Assembly (NCBI GenBank): GCA_963726255.1 | Contig: CAVSBL010000002.1 | Span: 1,888,001-1,952,000 of the forward strand | Length of the DNA: 64,000 bases | From: Candidatus Bathyarchaeota archaeon | Lineage (GTDB): Archaea; Thermoproteota; Bathyarchaeia; 40CM-2-53-6 | Direction: 5' to 3' | Shown: in pieces, positions 57,962 to 64,000 of the stretch | Numbering within the stretch: position 1 is the first letter of the stretch | Layout of the letters: each line of letters begins with the position of its first letter | Notes under the pieces: generated by a model | Told to the model about the DNA's origin: nothing | The model's database searches: none | The model's input: the letters and a program-made list of their open reading frames with translations, nothing else | Program-made: the position numbers and the translations under genes

Positions 57962-59479
57962 ATGGGATACTCGTTTGAGCTTGACGAAGTTACGATAGAT
58001 GAATTTCAGCAGGGGATGCGGTCAGATAAATTCACAGCCCGTTCCATAACCGAGGCCTATCTAGCCCGCATTGAAGCGCTAGATAAACAGGGACCAGCAA
58101 TCAATGCTGTCATCGAGCTGAACCCTGATGCCCTCGCGATAGCTGATCAACTTGACATCGAATTCAGAGAGAAAGGGCCACACGGGCCTCTACACGGCAT
58201 CCCTATCCTGATTAAAGATAACATTGACACTGCAGACCGGATGAGCACCACCGCCGGATCCCTCGCCTTAGAGGGTTCCGCCGCTACGTACGACGCCTTT
58301 CTAGTGCAGCGTCTGCGTGTAGCAGGCGCCGTAATTCTTGGAAAGGCGAACTTGAGTGAGTGGGCGAATTTTCGAGCTTCCCATTCAGTTAGCGGTTGGA
58401 GCGGTCGTGGAGGGCAAACTCGCAACCCGTACATCCTTGACCGAAATCCATGTGGTTCAAGCTCAGGTTCTGCGGTAGCGGTTGCAGCAAACCTGTGCGC
58501 CGTTGCCGTTGGCACAGAAACCGACGGCTCAATCGTATGCCCCTCCGCGGTGAATGGGATTGTTGGGATTAAGCCGACGCTCGGCCTCGTTAGTCGGAGC
58601 GGAGTTATTCCCATCGCTCACAGCCAGGACACGCCGGGGCCGATGGCGCGCACCGTGCGCGATGCAACCATTCTCCTGAACACCCTTGCTGGCGCGGACC
58701 CCGATGACCCTGCCACGAAACAGGCTGCTTCCAAATCCGAACTTGACTATACGAAATTCCTAGACCTCAAAGGGCTCAGCGGCGCCCGTTTGGGGGTTGC
58801 GAAAAAATTCTTCGGTTACAATGCAGCAGTGGATCGAGTAATCAATGACTCCATTGCCAAAATGAAGCAGTGCGGCGCCAAAACGATAGACCTAGTCGAC
58901 TATCCGACGCAAAAATTAGGTGACTCCGAACTCGAGGTTCTACTATACGAGTTCAAAGCCGACCTCAACGCCTACCTCAAAAGACGGGGAGGCCCTTTCG
59001 CCATCAGGTCACTTGCGGATATCATAGCATTCAACGAGGGAAGGCGCAACGAGGAGATGCCTTACTTCGAACAGGACATTATGATCAAGGCCGAAATGAA
59101 AGGCCCCCTCACCGAGAAAGCGTACAGGGACGCGCTCGCTAGGAACCGCAAGTTCTCCCGGGCGGAAGGAATCGACGCTGTCATCGGCAAACACAACCTC
59201 GACGCCATCGTAGCCCCAACCACGGGCCCAGCTTGGCTTACGGACTGGGTCACAGGCGACCATGAGTCGGGAAGTTGTTCCACACCCGCAGCCGTAGCCG
59301 GCTACCCACACATCACAGTCCCAGCCGGATTCGTAGCCGGCTTACCCGTGGGCGTCTCATTCTTCGGCCCAGCTTGGAGCGAACCAACCCTACTCAGGTT
59401 AGCGTACGCTTTCGAGCAAGCCACAAAGATGCGGCGCGCACCAGGATTCCTTCCAACTGTTCGATTTGAAACAATTTGA
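57962..59479 (+). CDS. Amidase (amidase-signature family)
   Basis: IKDNIDT, GKANLSEWANF, GSSSGS, GTETDGSIVCP; ATG 57962 preferred. Confidence 0.92.
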   Translation: MGYSFELDEVTIDEFQQGMRSDKFTARSITEAYLARIEALDKQGPAINAVIELNPDALAIADQLDIEFREKGPHGPLHGIPILIKDNIDTADRMSTTAGSLALEGSAATYDAFLVQRLRVAGAVILGKANLSEWANFRASHSVSGWSGRGGQTRNPYILDRNPCGSSSGSAVAVAANLCAVAVGTETDGSIVCPSAVNGIVGIKPTLGLVSRSGVIPIAHSQDTPGPMARTVRDATILLNTLAGADPDDPATKQAASKSELDYTKFLDLKGLSGARLGVAKKFFGYNAAVDRVINDSIAKMKQCGAKTIDLVDYPTQKLGDSELEVLLYEFKADLNAYLKRRGGPFAIRSLADIIAFNEGRRNEEMPYFEQDIMIKAEMKGPLTEKAYRDALARNRKFSRAEGIDAVIGKHNLDAIVAPTTGPAWLTDWVTGDHESGSCSTPAAVAGYPHITVPAGFVAGLPVGVSFFGPAWSEPTLLRLAYAFEQATKMRRAPGFLPTVRFETI

Positions 59480-59537
59480 GCGAGCCGAAGCATTCCTTCG
59501 TTGGACAGGGGCCGCTACGCCGGCTAGTCGCCCGTGC

Positions 59538-60263
59538 TCAAAGTGGTTTGGTCCCGATGTACAACCCTCTTCCTATGAGGCCTTTCGAGTCGCGAACCAC
59601 TCTCAAACCAACCGAACGGAACGCTTTCATGTACTCATCATTCGTGAAGAGTCCGAACTCGTCTTCTTCCTTGAAATCGCTGATATTGTCCGGCGTCCCA
59701 ACCATGTAGTGAAAATCGAGTTTGGAAATTCGTCCTTTCACTACGGTTCGGTTCATTCGCACAATTTTCATTTTGGGTTGGTTCACAAATACAGCGCTTA
59801 TTCTGCCGGGATGGAAGGCGGTCGGCGTCAACCAGGGTTCAACAATTAACACGCCTCCCGGCTTCAGGTGCCGCTCCATGTTCCTGATAGCTTGCTGCAG
59901 CCTCTGGTAGCTTGTCATGTATCCGATTGCGCTGAAGAGGCAGGTGATGACGTCGAATTGTTTCTTGAGATTGAAGCTCAACATGTTACTATAATGAAAT
60001 CTAATCCCCGGGTTTCTCTTGCGTGCAATTGCCAGCAACCTTCGGTCTAAATCCAAGCCTTCAACCGTGAAAAACTGTTTCAGGAAGGAGATGTGGCGGC
60101 CTGTTCCACAGGCCACGTCCAGCAGCGTTTTGCCCGTGGATTTCTGCCGCTTTCGAATTATCTCGCGCAGCCGCTTTGCCTCTCTCCCATAATCCTTTCC
60201 AACAGCGTCGTAGATGGCATCGTAATAGCTAGCTGATTTCTCGAACAAACCCAACCCGAACAA
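59538..60263 (-). CDS. Class I SAM methyltransferase, TylM1/DesVI N-methyltransferase-like
   Basis: YYDAIY...KDY..EA, LLDVACGTG.H, FDVITCLFSAIGY, HLKPGGVLIVEPW. Confidence 0.85.
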   Translation of the reverse strand: MFGLGLFEKSASYYDAIYDAVGKDYGREAKRLREIIRKRQKSTGKTLLDVACGTGRHISFLKQFFTVEGLDLDRRLLAIARKRNPGIRFHYSNMLSFNLKKQFDVITCLFSAIGYMTSYQRLQQAIRNMERHLKPGGVLIVEPWLTPTAFHPGRISAVFVNQPKMKIVRMNRTVVKGRISKLDFHYMVGTPDNISDFKEEDEFGLFTNDEYMKAFRSVGLRVVRDSKGLIGRGLYIGTKPL

Positions 60264-60276
60264 CCCGTGTCAGATA

Positions 60277-60879
60277 TTAGCAGAGCTTGCTATGTGAGGT
60301 TAACGGGAAAAACTTCGGTACGCGCTTCTGATACTGACGGTAATCTCCCTTAAACCGTTTCGTCAATTCCCGTTCTTCCAAGGGGATTGTTAGAAAGTAT
60401 GAGGTGAAAAAATCAATCAAAGCGAGGACGCCTGTCCCGGCAAATCCTGTCATGAGGAAGATGCCCACGAAGATCATGGTATGGGCGAGGTAGGTGGGGT
60501 GCCTTACTAGTGAGAATGGCCCAACCTTCACCGGCTTCCTCGGTCCCGCTTGCGGCTTCAACTCTGAATAGGCGATCAGCGATTTCCAGCCAAGCAGTTT
60601 AGCAGTCCAAGCATTCAGTGAAAGTCCGAGAACGAACAATGACGCGCCCAACACCAACAAAAGCCCGAGGGCAAGCATCTGGCCCAGCAAAAATCCTTGG
60701 AAGGTAATTACGATAATCATGACCGGTATCATTTCCACAAGAACAATCAGGTAGGTATACGCTCCGAGTTTTCTCCAAAACGATGGGTTACCGTGCACTT
60801 GCAGGAAGAAGACTGGGATGAAGGGCCATAGAGCAAGTGCTGCAACAGCTAAGGCCCGTAGCAAGAACAACACCAGCAT
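60277..60879 (-). CDS. ICMT/PEMT-family membrane methyltransferase
   Basis: GPFSLVRHPTY, EEREL..RF..DY..YQKRVP.F.P. Confidence 0.88.
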   Translation of the reverse strand: MLVLFLLRALAVAALALWPFIPVFFLQVHGNPSFWRKLGAYTYLIVLVEMIPVMIIVITFQGFLLGQMLALGLLLVLGASLFVLGLSLNAWTAKLLGWKSLIAYSELKPQAGPRKPVKVGPFSLVRHPTYLAHTMIFVGIFLMTGFAGTGVLALIDFFTSYFLTIPLEERELTKRFKGDYRQYQKRVPKFFPLTSHSKLC

Positions 60880-60955
60880 CTGCGTAGACAGCGGTCAAGC
60901 TTTATCTTTCGGTCGAACGCCAACTCACGCCCTCGATGCTCTGGAGAGTTTTGAA

Positions 60956-62177
60956 TTGGCAAGTGTAGAAGATGCAATAGGTTGGATTGAGAAATCCCGC
61001 GATGACATGACACGTTTCATGCTAGAGGTCCTGAAGATAAAGGCCGTAAACCCAGATGGCGGCGGTAAAGGCGAGTATCAACGCGCGCTCTTCGTCAAAA
61101 AATGGCTGGAGGACATAGGGTTCAAAGTGACCCGCCACGATGTTGAGGATAAGCGCGTCCCAGAGGGCGTCCGCATAAACCTGACCTCAATCCTTGAGGG
61201 ACAGGACAAGAGTAAGACTCTCTGGTTAGCCGCGCACCTGGACACTGTCCCTGAGGGTTCCCGGGACTTATGGGCAACAGACCCGTATGACCCGGTCGTG
61301 AAGGAGGGTAAGATTTTCGGAAGGGGCTCCGAGGATAACGGCCAAGCCTTGGGTTCCACGCTGTTCACGGTGAAAGCGCTCAAACAGCTCGGCCTTAAAC
61401 CCAAAATGAACCTCGGAGTTGCATACGTGTCCGATGAAGAGTCAGGCAGCAAATACGGCGTCATCCCGCTTCTAGAAAGGAACGTGTTCAGCCCCACGGA
61501 CATCGCTATAGTTCCAGACACGGGGACGCCGGACGGCTCGCAGATCGAGGTCGCAGAAAAGAGCATCCTATGGTTGAAGATTACCACGAAGGGACGGCAG
61601 GTTCACGGAAGCACACCTGAAAAGGGGCTTAACGCAAGCAGAATTGGAATGAAACTAGCCCTTCAACTGGATGAATTGCTGCATGCAAAGTATGCTGCAA
61701 CCGACCCATTATTCGACCCGCCCGTCTCAACTTTCGAACCGACCAAGCATGAAGCCAACGTGGAAAATGTGAACACCGTTCCAGGCCTCGACGTGCAATA
61801 CTTTGACTGCCGGGTTCTTCCAAGTTACCCATTGGGAACTGTGATGAAGGATGTTGAATCATTGAAGTCGAAGCTGGAAAAAGAATCGGGCGCAACGATT
61901 GAACTCAAACCCGTACAATCCGAAGAGAACACCAACCCAACCCCGACTGACAGCGTTGTTGTTCAGAAGTTGAAAGCGGCGCTGAAGAAGCTACGCGACA
62001 TAGATGCAAAGCCTATTGGCATTGGGGGTGGGACTGTGGGATTATACTTCAGGCGGAAAGGAATTCAAACCGCCGTCTGGTCCACACTAGACGACATGGC
62101 TCACCAACCCAACGAGTACTGCAAGATTGACAACATGGTCAATGACGAAAATCTTCGTCCACGTAGCGATGAACTGA
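60956..62177 (+). CDS. M20-family metallohydrolase (DapE-like), frameshift near 62147
   Basis: TTG 60956 after GGAGA; AHLDTVP, GRGSEDNG, SDEESGS, VPD, AHQPNEY. The natural ending KIFVHVAMN* (stop 62177) is in another frame. Confidence 0.85.
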
Positions 62178-62219
62178 CCCCATAACCCCAGCTGCACTGA
62201 CCAACGAAGCCGTGTAAAC

Positions 62220-63011
62220 ATGTCGCTAATCAGCCTGCTAACTGATTTCGGGTTGTTAGATTCCTTTGTTGGTGAAATGAAGGCGGTTATTCTCTCCATT
62301 TGCCCCGATGCTAGAATCGTTGACATCACACATCAAGTAGAGAAATTCGACGTTCGAATGGGCGCTTTCCTCCTAGCCGGAGCAGCATCCTATTTTCCAG
62401 CAGGGACGGTTCATGTTGCTGTAGTCGACCCTGGCGTGGGGAGCAAACGTCGCCCAATCGTCGTTGAGACAGCGCGGGCTGTTTATGTTGGCCCGGATAA
62501 TGGACTGCTGGTTCCCGCCGCTCAGCGTGAAGGCATTCTTCACGTTTACGAGTTAACAACCCGTTCTTTCATGCGGGAGAAGGTTTCCGCGACATTTCAC
62601 GGGAGAGATGTTTTTGCTCCAGCCGCCGCGCACCTAGCTTCTGGGAAGCGGCCCAGCGAATGCGGGCCTGAGGTCACGGATTATGTGCAGCCATCCTATA
62701 CCAAGGCCCGCTTCGACGGTAAGAGAATCACTTGCGAAATTTTCCATATTGACGGTTTCGGAAACATCGTGACGAACGCTTCGAATGAAATCGAGAAATT
62801 GGGGTTGGCGTTCGGGGATAAGGTTTCGCTTACGCTGGAGAAGAGACGGTTTCAAGCGCGCTTCGTTCGAACCTATTCAGACCTTGACGGGAAAGAGCTC
62901 GGTGTCCTTTTCGGGAGCCATGGGTTTATGGAGGTCGCCTGCCGCGAAGCCAGTGCGGCCGATAGGCTTAGGGTTAGAATTGGGAGTGCTGTGCATGTCG
63001 GTGCTGTTTAG
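62220..63011 (+). CDS. SAM hydroxide adenosyltransferase (DUF62, chlorinase/fluorinase family)
   Basis: LLTDFG, DITH, VVDPGVGS.R, GPDNG, SATFHGRDVFAP, DGFGN. Confidence 0.92.
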   Translation: MSLISLLTDFGLLDSFVGEMKAVILSICPDARIVDITHQVEKFDVRMGAFLLAGAASYFPAGTVHVAVVDPGVGSKRRPIVVETARAVYVGPDNGLLVPAAQREGILHVYELTTRSFMREKVSATFHGRDVFAPAAAHLASGKRPSECGPEVTDYVQPSYTKARFDGKRITCEIFHIDGFGNIVTNASNEIEKLGLAFGDKVSLTLEKRRFQARFVRTYSDLDGKELGVLFGSHGFMEVACREASAADRLRVRIGSAVHVGAV

Positions 63012-63540
63012 GCTCGTCGGTTAGTGCAAGTTCTTTCAGCCTTTCATCGCCGAAAATGCTTTTGATGTACGCGGCGACTGAGTCGGGTACGAGTTTCTCC
63101 CAGCTGTCGCCGCGAACAACACGTTCGCGTATCTCGGTTGACGAGTACGTTTCCCGGTCGAAGAAGGGTATGGGTTCGACGCGGAAGCCTGCCTCCTTGA
63201 AAAGGCGTGAGGTAATGGGTTCGTTTGAGAATACGACTTCGAAGCGGGGAGTTTGGGAGACTAGGTGTGGAACCCAGAGGTCGTGGATTCGAAGGTCCCG
63301 TATCGGGATAAGGTAGTATTTGGCAGCGTCAATCTTAGCCTCATCGAGAGCCAAACGGATCATGGTGACCCGTTCCCCTGCTGTGAACGGGTTGTGCAGC
63401 GTATGGCTGAATTGCGCGCTCCCGATCGCGATGATAAGCTCAGGCATCTTCTTCAAGGCTTGTTGGACGCAATGCACGTGGCCTAAGTGGAAGGGTTGAA
63501 AGCGCCCGATCAACAATCCGCGATTCTTGCCGCTGTCCAA
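62974..63540 (-). CDS. nadM: Nicotinamide-nucleotide adenylyltransferase
   Basis: GRFQPFHLGH, GSAQFSH..HNPFTAGER, YSSTEIR, WEKLVP. Confidence 0.92.
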   Translation of the reverse strand: MDSGKNRGLLIGRFQPFHLGHVHCVQQALKKMPELIIAIGSAQFSHTLHNPFTAGERVTMIRLALDEAKIDAAKYYLIPIRDLRIHDLWVPHLVSQTPRFEVVFSNEPITSRLFKEAGFRVEPIPFFDRETYSSTEIRERVVRGDSWEKLVPDSVAAYIKSIFGDERLKELALTDEPKQHRHAQHSQF

Positions 63541-63708
63541 GCTTCAAGTACCCTAGCCCAGTTTCAGGCAGCGAACTCAACCTTCAACCGCCTATTAAGA
63601 GAACACCTTCACGCAGAGACGCGTTCGCGAATCTGTGCTGAGATGGTTTAGCTGAGCATGCTTGGGTCTAAGCGTTTGATGAAACGTGTCTTCTACTCTA
63701 GTCTTCGT

Positions 63709-64000
63709 TCATTCGGGTTTCCAAAGTGATTCCACGGAAACTCTTTCGCCTCGGAATACTACGCCCTCACGTTCAAGCAATCCGCGCTTGACATAGCCCC
63801 CCTCGGAAGGCTTCCGGCCTGGCATTCCATAGTTTCCAACCATCAACGACGCAGGAACAACTCTGTGACATGGGATAACTAATGGGAATGGATTGGTGGC
63901 CACCGCCGTCCCAACCGCACGAGCGTACCGCATACCTCCAAGCTTCTTAGCTAAGGTCCCATAGGTTGCGACCTTGCCGCTTGGAATTTCCCAGAGAAGA
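63709..64000 (-). CDS. ogt: O6-methylguanine-DNA methyltransferase (partial, 5' end beyond window)
   Basis: IPSGKVATYG.LA...ARAVG...NP...IPCHRV...K..LLEREG; frame open to the window end. Confidence 0.88.
   Translation of the reverse strand, partial: LLWEIPSGKVATYGTLAKKLGGMRYARAVGTAVATNPFPLVIPCHRVVPASLMVGNYGMPGRKPSEGGYVKRGLLEREGVVFRGERVSVESLWKPE

Noticed and set aside
62974-63011. 38-bp convergent overlap of nadM and the DUF62 gene as a regulatory feature
   Set aside because: Short convergent overlaps are common, and the nadM tail may stem from an indel.
1-64000. CRISPR array, rRNA, transposase
   Set aside because: No regularly spaced repeats, rRNA-like sequence or transposase motifs noticed by eye.

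Overview
Archaeal chromosomal segment. It is inferred to be TACK-type, probably Bathyarchaeia-like, from the BHB-type tRNA introns, many TTG/GTG starts, KaiC/RAD55-like ATPases, a CFI-box-CTERM protein, and archaeal GAD and GAPN. Left part: a tRNA-Ser(CGA) gene split by three introns (1157-1339). About 2.2 kb downstream is an intron-LESS copy of its 3' end, embedded in a truncated integrase-like ORF, which looks like an att-type scar. Next comes a ~13 kb amine/amide-utilisation region containing two paralogous three-gene modules: an APC permease divergent from an AbiEii/Pol-beta-like nucleotidyltransferase plus a calcineurin-like metallophosphoesterase. I consider this module the best candidate for an undescribed system. 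Middle: carbon metabolism (frameshifted GAPN, acyl-CoA ligase, Acs, SatP, malic enzyme, a cysteine-free TrxR-like protein, GndA, gluconate dehydratase, two F420-type LLM oxidoreductases, a tandem-SIS protein), surface proteins, an ABC-2 exporter, a divergent AdoMetDC-like proenzyme, and microproteins missed by the ORF track. Right: a group-4 membrane-bound [NiFe]-hydrogenase operon in complex-I gene order, then housekeeping enzymes. All calls come from reading motifs by eye; no database searches or folding programs were run. Several 1-2 nt frameshifts may be assembly errors.
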